Shown here: positions 45,930 to 55,530 of the stretch, piece by piece | Layout of the letters: each line of letters opens with the position of its first letter | Position numbering within the stretch: the stretch's first letter is position 1 | From: Candidatus Moraniibacteriota bacterium | GTDB lineage: Bacteria > Patescibacteriota > Minisyncoccia > Moranbacterales > UBA2206 | Reading direction: 5' to 3' | DNA: 64,000 nucleotides | NCBI GenBank assembly: GCA_030679995.1 | Contig: JAUXSK010000006.1 | Coordinates: 10,328-74,327, forward strand | Translations under genes and position numbers: made by a program | The notes under the pieces: model-generated | Told to the model about the DNA's origin: nothing | The model's input: the letters and a program-made list of their open reading frames with translations, nothing else | Database searches by the model: none

Positions 45930-47159
45930 TTATAAATATTTTTTTGGATTAACCGGAGCACCGGTCGGAATCATCAACCCATTAACATAGGAAGACTCGA
46001 CGGTCTTAAAAGTTTCCGACGCGAAAACTGAAAAATGTAGATGCGGACCGGTTGAATTTCCGGTATTTCCGCTTACACCAATTTCTTCTCCTTCTTTGAC
46101 CTTCTCACCCCTGGAAACATTTTTTTTACTCAAATGTCCATATAAAGTCACTAGGCCATCCCCATGATCAATCGCAAGCCATCTGCCATACGCATATTTG
46201 CCATTATCACCAGAACCGACTACCCTGCCGCTTCTAGCAGCAAAAACATTACTATATTTGATTCCGAAATCTACGCCGTTGTGGAAATTATTCTTGTATA
46301 TTCCGGATGTCTTAGCGAAGCTTGTCTTGCCATAGCCTTGGGTGAATATATGCGGATTGACCGGCCAAGTGAAATAGCCGTCTTTGTCGGGTGGCAGATT
46401 GGCCATATTTACCGAGCTTGAAAGCCCCTCCTCCAAGTCATTGATTTCATCTTCGATATTCGCCAGGAGCTCTTTATACTTGGATATTTCGGCCTGTGTC
46501 TGCCCAAGTAAATTTTGCTTTTGGTTTTCGCTGTATTGTAAATTTAAATTTTTATCCTCCAATTCGCTTTTCAAATCTTCGCTTTCCCGCTTCTTAATAT
46601 TCAGGTCGTCATATTCGCCCTGCAGGGAATCTTTCGTTTCACGGATAGTTTTCAGAACCTCACTTACGCGGCTACTGGATTGCTCAATGTGGTCTGATTG
46701 GCTGAAAATATCAGAAAAATCCTGATTGATCAGGACGATATTCAAAAGCCCGCCTTGATTGTATTCATAATATGATTGGATCAGCTTGCTCAAAACCACT
46801 TGTTGATATTTCAATAAGTCTTCCTTGTCCTTGATTTCCCGTTCCAAATCAGCCACTTGTTGCGCAAGACTCTGCGCCTTTTCCTTGGTTTTTAGCAATT
46901 CGGCTTGATTTTTTTGTTGCTGTGCATCGATAAATGACAGTTGACTTTGAATCGTCAACTGGGTCTTATTCTTAATATCGATTAATTTTTGAGTATCCTT
47001 GCGCTCCTTTTCTAAACATTCGACCCTATCATTCGCCGAGTCACAACTAGTGGCGCCATAAATTTTATCAATGGACAAAAAAAGCGATGCGCTGAAGATT
47101 GCTATCAACGCAGTGATCTTTTTGGATATATTTTTTTTTACATTCTGTTTTTTTAGCAT
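45930..47159 (-). CDS. M23-family metallopeptidase with N-terminal signal anchor and long coiled-coil (EnvC-like)
   Basis: N-terminal TM, ~230 aa of heptad-rich Q/E/K/L sequence, then 'HNGVDFGIKYSNVFAARSGRVV...LYGHL...GEEIGVSGNTGNSTGPHLHFSVF'. Confidence 0.8.
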   Translation of the reverse strand: MLKKQNVKKNISKKITALIAIFSASLFLSIDKIYGATSCDSANDRVECLEKERKDTQKLIDIKNKTQLTIQSQLSFIDAQQQKNQAELLKTKEKAQSLAQQVADLEREIKDKEDLLKYQQVVLSKLIQSYYEYNQGGLLNIVLINQDFSDIFSQSDHIEQSSSRVSEVLKTIRETKDSLQGEYDDLNIKKRESEDLKSELEDKNLNLQYSENQKQNLLGQTQAEISKYKELLANIEDEINDLEEGLSSSVNMANLPPDKDGYFTWPVNPHIFTQGYGKTSFAKTSGIYKNNFHNGVDFGIKYSNVFAARSGRVVGSGDNGKYAYGRWLAIDHGDGLVTLYGHLSKKNVSRGEKVKEGEEIGVSGNTGNSTGPHLHFSVFASETFKTVESSYVNGLMIPTGAPVNPKKYL

Positions 47160-47233
47160 GGAACACGCATTATTCTAATATTTCCAACCTGATAAGCATA
47201 CCGCATTATAACATAAAAACGCTTATATTTGAA

Positions 47234-48727
47234 TCAAATCCTATCTATGGCGCCTCTTAGCCTATTCAGGCTTTCTTGCTTGCCCAAAACCCAAGCTAGC
47301 TCCATCGGCGAAGGGGATTTCTGCGCGCCGGAAAGCGCTACGCGAAGCGGCCAAAGCAAATCGCCTTTTTTATCTCCCGCCGCCGCGAAAAGTTTTTCTT
47401 CGATATTCTTCGTTTCCCAACCGTCTGCGCCTATTCCGGACAACACTGCTATCGATTTTTCCAAAGATTCCTTCAAAGCTTCGTCGGACATATCCTTCCA
47501 GCGCAACATATCCTTTCCGTATTCGATATCAGTGAAAAAGAATTTGTTATTCTCCCCCACTTCGGACAATTTCACCAGCCGTTCCTGTTCCACGGTCAAA
47601 ACTTTTTTTAAGTATTCTTCAGTTTTCATATTTTCCGGCGCGTTCAAATAAAAATCCTTCTGCGCTAAAAATTCCAGGGATTTTCCATATAACTCATCTG
47701 CGGATAATTTCTTGATGTATTGCGCATTGATCCAATCCAGCCTTTTCAGATCGAACACGGCTCCGGCCTTGTGCACGCGCTTCAGATCGAAAACCTGTTC
47801 CAATTCCCGCAAAGAGAAAATCTCCTGCGTACTGCCCTCCCCCATATTCCAGCCCAAAAGCACGACGAAATTGATGATCGCCTCCTTGAGATAACCGTTT
47901 TTGATATAATCTTCCACGGCCACGTCACCCTGCCGCTTAGAAAGTTTGGTTTTGTCCGGATTGAGCAGGAGCGGCAAATGCGCGAATTCCGGCGCGTTCC
48001 AACCGAAATTTTGATATAGCTGGATATACTTGGGCGTGCTGGAAATGAATTCCTCCCCGCGAAGGATATGTGATATTCCCATCAGATGGTCGTCGACCAC
48101 GTTGGCGAAATTATACGTCGGATAGCCGTCCGACTTCATCAGGATCTGGTCATCCAAGAGTTCGTTTTTGAATTCGATTTCCCCGCGGATCAAATCTTTG
48201 TATTTCGTGATTCCTGCAGTGTTTATTTTCTGACGGATAACATATTTTTCACCCTTGGCGATTTTTTCCTGGATTTCTTCCGGAGCCAATTTCAAGCAGG
48301 TCCGATCATACATCGGAGCCTGTTTGTTCGCGGTTTGTTCTTGCCGCTTTTTCTCCAATGTCTCTTCATCGCAAAAACAATAGTAAGCCGTCCCGCTTTC
48401 AACCAATTGCTGGGCGCATTTCCCGTATATTTCCAACCTTTCCGATTGGATATATGGTCCGTAATCCCCTTTCTGGAAAAACTTCCCGTCACCATCCATA
48501 TAAACCCCTTCGACATAATCGAGCCCGGCCCAATTGATAATTTTGATGAGTTTCTCCAAGGCATCCGGAACATAACGTTTCTTGTCCGTGTCTTCGATGC
48601 GCAACAGAAAATCCCCGCCATTTCTCTTAGCGAAAAGATAGGCGTACAGGGCGGTCCGGAAATTTCCCACATGCATATATCCGGTCGGCGACGGTGCGAA
48701 TCTGGTTCTGATCTTATTTTCTAGCAT
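47234..48727 (-). CDS. gltX: glutamyl-tRNA synthetase
   Basis: 'RFAPSPTGYMHVGNFRTALYAYL' (HIGH class I motif) and 'KLSKRQGD' (KMSKS). Confidence 0.9.
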   Translation of the reverse strand: MLENKIRTRFAPSPTGYMHVGNFRTALYAYLFAKRNGGDFLLRIEDTDKKRYVPDALEKLIKIINWAGLDYVEGVYMDGDGKFFQKGDYGPYIQSERLEIYGKCAQQLVESGTAYYCFCDEETLEKKRQEQTANKQAPMYDRTCLKLAPEEIQEKIAKGEKYVIRQKINTAGITKYKDLIRGEIEFKNELLDDQILMKSDGYPTYNFANVVDDHLMGISHILRGEEFISSTPKYIQLYQNFGWNAPEFAHLPLLLNPDKTKLSKRQGDVAVEDYIKNGYLKEAIINFVVLLGWNMGEGSTQEIFSLRELEQVFDLKRVHKAGAVFDLKRLDWINAQYIKKLSADELYGKSLEFLAQKDFYLNAPENMKTEEYLKKVLTVEQERLVKLSEVGENNKFFFTDIEYGKDMLRWKDMSDEALKESLEKSIAVLSGIGADGWETKNIEEKLFAAAGDKKGDLLWPLRVALSGAQKSPSPMELAWVLGKQESLNRLRGAIDRI

Positions 48728-48733
48728 AATATT

Positions 48734-49201
48734 TTATTTCACTTGATTATTTATCATCTCCAAAACGGCTTGGGCCGCTTCGGCGCCTTTATTGTGCCGG
48801 CCGCTGGAACGTTCCTGGGCTTGTTTCAAATTGACGGTCGTGATTATGCCTAATCCGATCGGCAAATCGGTTTTAAGCATCACGTCCATCACCCCATGGA
48901 TCGATCCATCGGATACGTAATGATAATGATCCGTGTCGCCCTTGATAACACAACCAAGCGCGACCAGGCCGTCATATTTTTTCGTCTGGGCCAGCCTCTG
49001 ACAAGCCAATGGGATTTCAAACGCTCCCGGAACCCAAACGGTCTGGATGTTTTTTTCCAGAACGCCGTTTTTTCGCAAAGTCTCAACCGCGCCCACAAAC
49101 ATTTTTCCGGTAATATCCGGATTGAATTTTGAAACTACGATCGCGATTTTTAATTTTTTACCATCGATTATACCCGCTATCGCGTTTTGTTTCCTGTCCA
49201 T
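48734..49201 (-). CDS. ribH: 6,7-dimethyl-8-ribityllumazine synthase
   Basis: 'KIAIVVSKFNPDITGKMFVGAVETL...GAFEIP...ALGCVIKGDTDHY' is the lumazine synthase signature. Confidence 0.9.
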   Translation of the reverse strand: MDRKQNAIAGIIDGKKLKIAIVVSKFNPDITGKMFVGAVETLRKNGVLEKNIQTVWVPGAFEIPLACQRLAQTKKYDGLVALGCVIKGDTDHYHYVSDGSIHGVMDVMLKTDLPIGLGIITTVNLKQAQERSSGRHNKGAEAAQAVLEMINNQVK

Positions 49202-49202
49202 A

Positions 49203-49787
49203 TTATTTTCTTAACAATTTATCGATATATTTCGCTAAAACATCCGTTTCGACGTTAGTCCTATCCCCCACCTTGAGCATCCCGAGATTGGTATTGTCCA
49301 AAGTATAACCGACCAATGACACGCTGAACCAATCTTTGCCGGTAGACACGACCGTAAGACTCGTGCCATTTACCGTCACCGATCCCTTGTCCGCGACCAA
49401 GCGCATAAATTTGGCTGGGATTTTTATTTTTATAACTTTTGATTCTTGAACTTTTTTGATTTCCATGATTTTTCCGGTCGTGTCCACGTGGCCTTGGACC
49501 AGATGCCCGTCCAGCATATCATTGAGCTTTAAGCTTTTTTCCAAATTCACCGGGACCTCTTCGGTGAAATTTCCGACAGTGGTCTTTTTGATCGTTTCGG
49601 GCATATATTCCACCACGAAATTATTTTTAAAAATATCCTTGACCGTAGAGCAGATGCCATCGATCGCGATACTCTCCCCTTTCTGAATTTTCCAGCCAGC
49701 CGGGATTTTTACGGATACGAAAAGACTGCCATTTTTTTGAGAGACCTTTTCGATAACGGATAATTTTTTTATGATGCCAGTGAACAT
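49203..49787 (-). CDS. ribE: riboflavin synthase alpha subunit
   Basis: 'MFTGIIKKLSVI...GESIAIDGICSTV' repeated in two homologous half-domains ('GSVTVNGTSLTV'). Confidence 0.9.
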   Translation of the reverse strand: MFTGIIKKLSVIEKVSQKNGSLFVSVKIPAGWKIQKGESIAIDGICSTVKDIFKNNFVVEYMPETIKKTTVGNFTEEVPVNLEKSLKLNDMLDGHLVQGHVDTTGKIMEIKKVQESKVIKIKIPAKFMRLVADKGSVTVNGTSLTVVSTGKDWFSVSLVGYTLDNTNLGMLKVGDRTNVETDVLAKYIDKLLRK

Positions 49788-49798
49788 ATCTTTTGAAA

Positions 49799-50140
49799 TT
49801 AAGGTTTAGCTTTTCTGATTAGGAACAGGTCCTTCAGGACTTGATCAATGAGTTGTTTTTCGCTTTCGAAACGGACCACCTCGCGGATTTTTTGGCCGAC
49901 TTCGACGCCGATTTCTTTCCCGTACAAATCGCCGTCAAAATCCAACAGGTGCGCCTCCAGAACGTCGCGTTTTTCCGGCACGAAAATGGCGGCGACATAT
50001 TCTCCGCCGTCAAAACGGGCTTTGCCGACATAAACGCCGCTTCCGATCGCCGGGTCATCCAAAACAAGATTAGCGGTCGGAAATCCCAATGTCCGCCCTT
50101 TTTGTTTGCCCTTGATAATGACGCCTGAAATTTTACACAT
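49799..50140 (-). CDS. stand-alone riboflavin kinase domain protein (RibF C-terminal-domain type)
   Basis: 'KQKGRTLGFPTANL' is the flavokinase 'GRxLGFPTAN' motif. 113 aa, no FAD-synthetase domain. Confidence 0.7.
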   Translation of the reverse strand: MCKISGVIIKGKQKGRTLGFPTANLVLDDPAIGSGVYVGKARFDGGEYVAAIFVPEKRDVLEAHLLDFDGDLYGKEIGVEVGQKIREVVRFESEKQLIDQVLKDLFLIRKAKP

Positions 50141-50170
50141 AGCGCCGGTCTTTTTAAAAAAATTAATACC

Positions 50171-51028
50171 TTATGCTTTTTTCAATATCGCGGTCCATTT
50201 CAATCTCATTGCGGGATGGGTCTTGTCGCGAAATTCAGAAATCAATGTGAATTTTTTGCTTAGCATATTCTTAAATTCTTCCTCGCTTAACATAGGTTGC
50301 TGATAATCAACGCCGATGGTTAATTTCCCAACAGCTTCCGCGGGAAGCAATCCTTTATCGGCCAGCTCCTTGATTTTCAGTTCTATTTTGTGAAAATCAA
50401 AAAGCCTGTTTTCTTCGTTATAAAATTCTTCGTTATATGCTAACCGGATAATCTGCAATAAAAAATATCTGAAGTCATTGAATTTTCCAGGATTGTTTTT
50501 GTATGAATCCACATATTCCTTGAAGCTTATCACATCATCCCGGTGGACATTTATCGCTCCGAAAAACCACTCTCCTCCCGGTTTCAAAACCCGTGCTATT
50601 TTTTCAAAAAAAGCTTCAAATTCTGAAAATTTAATATTGTCCTGCGCCGAATCACTCATGACAAAGTCAAAAGTACCGTCTTTGATGGGCATATTCAGCC
50701 AGTCTGAAATTACGACCTTTTCCTTTTCATTTTTTAGTGCCATAAGGGACGTCATAGCCCGCACTGAATCAGGATTGATGTCCACAATAGTCGTATTTAT
50801 GCCGTATTTAGCCAATAAATCCCTAAATTCAGGGGTTGATCCTAATATAAGGGCACAAGGCGTCTTATTGTTTTCCAGCTTATTTTTTATTTCTTGCTCA
50901 AAAAAAGCGATTTCACCGACTGATGGCTTTCCGGGCGGCATGAACTTCGCCCAAGCTTTTGCTAACTCTTTCCAATTTTCCCGCATCCTAGTCCTCTGAA
51001 TACTGGCCATAGTGTGACAAATTAACAT
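50171..51028 (-). CDS. LCM/TcmP-like SAM-methyltransferase-like protein, tandem paralog 1 of 6
   Basis: 'ALILGSTPEFRDLLAKYGINTTIVDINPD...SDWLNM...FDFVMSD', and N-terminal 'W..F.PPGKPS'. Confidence 0.45.
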   Translation of the reverse strand: MLICHTMASIQRTRMRENWKELAKAWAKFMPPGKPSVGEIAFFEQEIKNKLENNKTPCALILGSTPEFRDLLAKYGINTTIVDINPDSVRAMTSLMALKNEKEKVVISDWLNMPIKDGTFDFVMSDSAQDNIKFSEFEAFFEKIARVLKPGGEWFFGAINVHRDDVISFKEYVDSYKNNPGKFNDFRYFLLQIIRLAYNEEFYNEENRLFDFHKIELKIKELADKGLLPAEAVGKLTIGVDYQQPMLSEEEFKNMLSKKFTLISEFRDKTHPAMRLKWTAILKKA

Positions 51029-51109
51029 TTATATTTCTGGTTATCTTTATCGGCATCGCTGTCAATCATATGCCATATTTACATTTTTTCATATTATACA
51101 ATATGGGCA

Positions 51110-51982
51110 TTACTTTTTTACCTGACCGAAATAAATTTTATAACATGTCAAGGCCCTATTTGCCGCGCTGTTTCTGATTGATTTGATAATAAAACTTCTG
51201 CTGATGATATCATCAACGACTTCCTTCGGTGGAAATGTAGCCCTGAATCCATGCCAAAAAGTCTTTAGAAAATCAAATTGTTTTTTTGTGATAATTCCAC
51301 CTTTTATGAACTTCTCCAGTTGATCATCGAAGTCTTGAAAATTTTTAAGGTGTTGTTTGCCTTCAAAATCCTTCATCCCGATAATGCATGACCAGTAATA
51401 ATAATTTTTGTCATCCCGGGTGAAAATATTATTTTTGAAAGCGGCTATCATATCATCCACGTCAAGAGTCTCGTTTTTTTCAACCGTAACGACGTTCTTT
51501 ATCAAGTGGCCGTCTTTTTTCAAAAGCCTTGCCTGCTCAGCGAAAAACGCTCCCCACTTTTCAAATGGGATATGGCACACCCCGTGGTCGCAAAGAATGA
51601 CATCGAATGAGTCCGATCTCAGTGGAATTTCAAGCCAATTTGAAACCACTACCTTTTCCTTCCCGTCCGAATATTCCAAGAGCTGATCCATGGCATTAAT
51701 CATGTCTGAGTTTATATCGACGATGGTGACATCAACATCATATTTAGCCAATAAATCCCTAAGCTCCGGTGTCGCACCTAAAATCAACGCCTGGATCTTC
51801 TTCTTGGATTTATTGACTATCTTTTGGATATAATCCTCATATATCTCAATTTCATATCGGGAGGGACGATCAGGTGACATAACCCTGCCCCATTCTTCTG
51901 AAATGCTGGTCCATCCTTTCTTGTTTAATACTGGTTTTTTTGACATATTTTTAACTTTTAGTGATTTCGCTTTTTCCATCAA
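51110..51982 (-). CDS. LCM/TcmP-like SAM-methyltransferase-like protein, tandem paralog 2
   Basis: 'ALILGATPELRDLLAKYDVDVTIVDINSD...SNWLEI...FDVILCD'. Confidence 0.45.
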   Translation of the reverse strand: MMEKAKSLKVKNMSKKPVLNKKGWTSISEEWGRVMSPDRPSRYEIEIYEDYIQKIVNKSKKKIQALILGATPELRDLLAKYDVDVTIVDINSDMINAMDQLLEYSDGKEKVVVSNWLEIPLRSDSFDVILCDHGVCHIPFEKWGAFFAEQARLLKKDGHLIKNVVTVEKNETLDVDDMIAAFKNNIFTRDDKNYYYWSCIIGMKDFEGKQHLKNFQDFDDQLEKFIKGGIITKKQFDFLKTFWHGFRATFPPKEVVDDIISRSFIIKSIRNSAANRALTCYKIYFGQVKK

Positions 51983-51997
51983 TCCCCTTATTATATA

Positions 51998-52855
51998 CTA
52001 TTTTTTGGCTTTACAAAACCAAAAGGGTGAAGTTTCCGGATATAGATAATCATGCGAAATGCTTTCTTCAATAACTTCAAAAAATGGCGCGATAAGCTTC
52101 CTCAATTCCTTTGGGTATGCGGTTTGCCATGTCTTAGACGATGTATCACCCCAAAATGAGAACAGATTATGGATTAATCTTGTTGTTTTAGGCATAATTT
52201 TTCCCGCAACGATAATTTTATTATTTTTCCAAAAAGGCGCGATATTTCTCTTAACTTCATCCAGGGAAATAGTATGATTTTTTGAATCATATGTGTCAGT
52301 CAAAAGATGGAAAAACAACTCCATATGACGCTGTTTGGTATAAGATAATTTCTCATATTGCTCCAATGTTTTTTCAATCGGTTGAATTTTCCAATTCTCA
52401 GGCATGGTCGTGACCCGATGGATATAATAGCCACCCGGTTTCAGGATCCGCTTGATATTCCTGTGGAATTTAACCCATTGATCGCGCGGTACATTTCCCC
52501 AGGTCAGATCGCCCAGGACGATGTCAAAAAAATTGTCTGCCAATGGGTTTTCCGCCCAATCGCCCTTCACCAGGATATCTCTATCGCTTTCCGGAACGAA
52601 TTTATTCATCGTCAAAATCATTTCCAGATTCACATCTATGCAAGTCACTTCCAGCGGAAATTTATGTAGGACGTTCCTGACTTCCGGGGTAGCGCCCAAA
52701 ACCAATGCCCGACCGGACTTCTTTCCCGAAGCCTTTTTTACATACATAGCATATTTTGTACAATCCTCCTCGGATGGCCTTCCGGGTGGAGTATAATACT
52801 TCTCCCAATTCTCAGCTACTTTTTTCCACGGTGCGGCGAATGAATCTTTTTTCAT
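51998..52855 (-). CDS. LCM/TcmP-like SAM-methyltransferase-like protein, tandem paralog 3
   Basis: 'ALVLGATPEVRNVLHKFPLEVTCIDVN...GDWAEN...FDIVLGD'. Confidence 0.45.
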   Translation of the reverse strand: MKKDSFAAPWKKVAENWEKYYTPPGRPSEEDCTKYAMYVKKASGKKSGRALVLGATPEVRNVLHKFPLEVTCIDVNLEMILTMNKFVPESDRDILVKGDWAENPLADNFFDIVLGDLTWGNVPRDQWVKFHRNIKRILKPGGYYIHRVTTMPENWKIQPIEKTLEQYEKLSYTKQRHMELFFHLLTDTYDSKNHTISLDEVKRNIAPFWKNNKIIVAGKIMPKTTRLIHNLFSFWGDTSSKTWQTAYPKELRKLIAPFFEVIEESISHDYLYPETSPFWFCKAKK

Positions 52856-52887
52856 ATTTTATTTCGGTAAATTTACCCGTTAAAAAT

Positions 52888-53745
52888 TTATTTCTTTTTT
52901 AGGACATAATCCCTTCTGAAAGCCATAATCGGATGGGATCTATCGGTGTATATTTCCTTGATTGTATAAAACTGCCTCAGAAAATTATCATTCTCCCTAA
53001 TGTTATCAAAGGCAATTTCAACGTAAGAGCTCATGTCCTCATCTTTCATCCATTGAAGTTTTCCAAAATCTATCTTGTTAATAACACCCTTCCTTATAAG
53101 TTCTTCCAACCCCTTGGTGATTCCTTTGAAATAAAACTCTTTCTTTTTTCGATTATACAGGCCTGGCTCTTGATAGAGGCGATGTAACGACCAAATCCTA
53201 TTCTTAAAATCCTTGAAATAGGCCGGGTCTTTCTTATATTTAGCTATCAAGTCCCCGAATCTCCAAGGATTTCTAATTTGATACACCCAGGCCGCTAAAT
53301 AAAACAACCCTTCTTTTTTAAGCGATCCGTTTATGTTATTGATAAATTTCACCCATGTATTAAGGGCTATGTTGCATAATGGTCCGTCAGAGAAAACCAA
53401 ATCAAAATATTCTTCTGGCAACTTCACGCTCAACCAGTTATCAATTGTTAATTTTTCCTTAGGATTTTTACGCTTCATTAACTTATCCATCGCTTTTTTC
53501 ATCGTAGGATTGACATCAACCACCGTGGTCTCTATTTCATATTTCGCCAGCAGATCCCGTATTTCCGGAGTCGAACCGAATATCAAAGCTTTCGGGCTCT
53601 TTTCTTTTTTGAGAATATCCTTGATCATTTTCTCACAAAAAGCGATATCATTCTTATTTGGCCGCCACGGCGACTCCGTCTTGCCCCACATATCGTAATA
53701 GCCGGCCCAGGCTTGGTTATAAACTTTTGGTTTTTTTGGCGTCAT
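52888..53745 (-). CDS. LCM/TcmP-like SAM-methyltransferase-like protein, tandem paralog 4
   Basis: 'ALIFGSTPEIRDLLAKYEIETTVVDVNP...DNWLSV...FDLVFSD'. Confidence 0.45.
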   Translation of the reverse strand: MTPKKPKVYNQAWAGYYDMWGKTESPWRPNKNDIAFCEKMIKDILKKEKSPKALIFGSTPEIRDLLAKYEIETTVVDVNPTMKKAMDKLMKRKNPKEKLTIDNWLSVKLPEEYFDLVFSDGPLCNIALNTWVKFINNINGSLKKEGLFYLAAWVYQIRNPWRFGDLIAKYKKDPAYFKDFKNRIWSLHRLYQEPGLYNRKKKEFYFKGITKGLEELIRKGVINKIDFGKLQWMKDEDMSSYVEIAFDNIRENDNFLRQFYTIKEIYTDRSHPIMAFRRDYVLKKK

Positions 53746-53750
53746 AAGGG

Positions 53751-54650
53751 TTATTTTTTGCCTAACAAATACATCGGTGACGCTTTCGTGATGATTTTTC
53801 CGTAGTCGTCGGCAAAAAGCGTTTTTTTGATTATGAAATACTCTTCCAGCATCCGTTTATTTTCTTCGAAGGTGTTGAATGTCCAATATTTCGATTTGTA
53901 CGGTGCCCAAGCCTTCATCATCCGTTGGCACATCATCTTGAGCAGGATATCGTCCTCGCTCCGGGCCGGATCCAATTTCTTTCCGAATTTTTCGAGTTCC
54001 GGCCAAAAATACGAAAGCGACGCTTTCTTCTCGTCATTCAATGACCGGCTTGCCCAGATAAGCGTGTTTGCCGCCATATTGGCCGCTTTTTTCATCGAGT
54101 ATTCCTCATCGCGCGCCTGATCCAAGAAAGACTTGAACGCTTGTTTGACACTTCCTATCTTGCATTCGTCGATAAATACGCAATCGCGGGTGATGAATGA
54201 GCCGTCCTCTTTCAAGAGCGATTCCAAATTGGAAAAATAAGCGTGTTTATGCCTGTCCCCGATATTGCCGTTTACGAAATCCCCGATTATGACATCGAAT
54301 TTTTTATCAAACCGCATATCGACCCAGTTCGCGGATACGAATTTTTCCTGGGCGTTTTTAAAGTCGGTAAGCGCCGACATAGCGTCGAACATTTCACGCG
54401 TCATATCTGCGCAGATCACTTTCGCGCCGTGGGTCATGGAAAATCTAAAAAGCACGTCGCGGATTTCCGGCGTGGATCCGAGCAATAGGATATCGGGGTT
54501 TTTCCGGTTTTTCAGGGCCGCCCTAAGCAAAAAATTGTAATTGGCGATATCCCCTCTGCTTGGCCGGCTTGGCTCGGTAAAATTCTCCCAATGCTTGGAA
54601 ATCCTGGCCCATTTTTTCTGATGATTTTTAAATTTTTCCGTGATTTTCAT
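53751..54650 (-). CDS. LCM/TcmP-like SAM-methyltransferase-like protein, tandem paralog 5
   Basis: 'ILLLGSTPEIRDVLFRF...VICADMT...ANWVDM...FDVIIGD'. Start trimmed to the internal ATG at 54650 ('MKITEKFKNHQKKW...'), since the ORF-track start overlaps paralog 6 by 200 nt. Confidence 0.45.
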   Translation of the reverse strand: MKITEKFKNHQKKWARISKHWENFTEPSRPSRGDIANYNFLLRAALKNRKNPDILLLGSTPEIRDVLFRFSMTHGAKVICADMTREMFDAMSALTDFKNAQEKFVSANWVDMRFDKKFDVIIGDFVNGNIGDRHKHAYFSNLESLLKEDGSFITRDCVFIDECKIGSVKQAFKSFLDQARDEEYSMKKAANMAANTLIWASRSLNDEKKASLSYFWPELEKFGKKLDPARSEDDILLKMMCQRMMKAWAPYKSKYWTFNTFEENKRMLEEYFIIKKTLFADDYGKIITKASPMYLLGKK

Positions 54651-54651
54651 C

Positions 54652-55509
54652 CTATTTTTTGATTGATTTGTAAAAAATAAAATTTTTAACAAATGATCCG
54701 GAAGGCATTTTATCGATAATTTTAAAATCTTTGCTGAATATGATGTCCTGTTCATTTTCCGTAACCGCGCGCCACATCTTAGGCGGATTATCCGGAAAGA
54801 GTTTGTTGAATTTCTGATATAGCGCATCGATGAACTTATCCCCGTAAACACCTTTGAATCTCGAGATGTTTATTTTATTGTTGATATTTATTACGATTTT
54901 TGTTTCATCATCATAACTTAGATCCAGCAATAATATTTGAAGTATGGATAAATCTCGTTTGTTGATCGTTCCCTTGGCAGATATCCGTTTAAAAAGCTTA
55001 TCGATCAGAACCTCGACATTTTTATTATCAATATGGACGTACGCTCTTTCGATGAAAACCCCGCTTTTTTTTAGCAATGTAGCCATATGCGCCATCCATA
55101 ATTTCGACTTTTCCCAGGGCATATTGCTGCTGACCGCATCACCCAATATCGCATCGAAATAATTTCCAGCCAACGGGACGGCGTCCCACCCGCTTTTTAT
55201 CCAAATTTCTTTTTCGATATTGCTTTTATGCTCCATCAATTCCGACATCGCTATCATCATTTCAATGTTAATATCGACGATGGTAACTTCAGCATCATAT
55301 TTGTGGGCCAAGTCGCGCATTTCAGGGGTTGATCCCAATACTAAAATTTTTGGCTTTTTTATACCCCCTAGGGAAGTTCTGAGGAGTTTATCATAAATTT
55401 CCAAATCATCCCTTGACGGCCTCACTGGATCGGTTATCCCTTTCCATTTTATCGCTAATTTAGGCCACCAATCCGTATCATTCTTGATGGGATAGTTTTT
55501 GACAGGCAT
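54652..55509 (-). CDS. LCM/TcmP-like SAM-methyltransferase-like protein, tandem paralog 6
   Basis: 'ILVLGSTPEMRDLAHKYDAEVTIVDINIE...SGWDAV...FDAILGD'. Confidence 0.45.
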   Translation of the reverse strand: MPVKNYPIKNDTDWWPKLAIKWKGITDPVRPSRDDLEIYDKLLRTSLGGIKKPKILVLGSTPEMRDLAHKYDAEVTIVDINIEMMIAMSELMEHKSNIEKEIWIKSGWDAVPLAGNYFDAILGDAVSSNMPWEKSKLWMAHMATLLKKSGVFIERAYVHIDNKNVEVLIDKLFKRISAKGTINKRDLSILQILLLDLSYDDETKIVININNKINISRFKGVYGDKFIDALYQKFNKLFPDNPPKMWRAVTENEQDIIFSKDFKIIDKMPSGSFVKNFIFYKSIKK

Positions 55510-55530
55510 ATTTTTTTATTACGGATCAAT

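Noticed and set aside
54651-54851. 200-nt 5' extension of methyltransferase-like paralog 5 overlapping paralog 6
   Set aside because: The internal ATG at 54650 places the start 1 nt after the stop of paralog 6 and aligns with the N-termini of the other paralogs. The extension is out of frame with paralog 6 and not conserved in the other copies.
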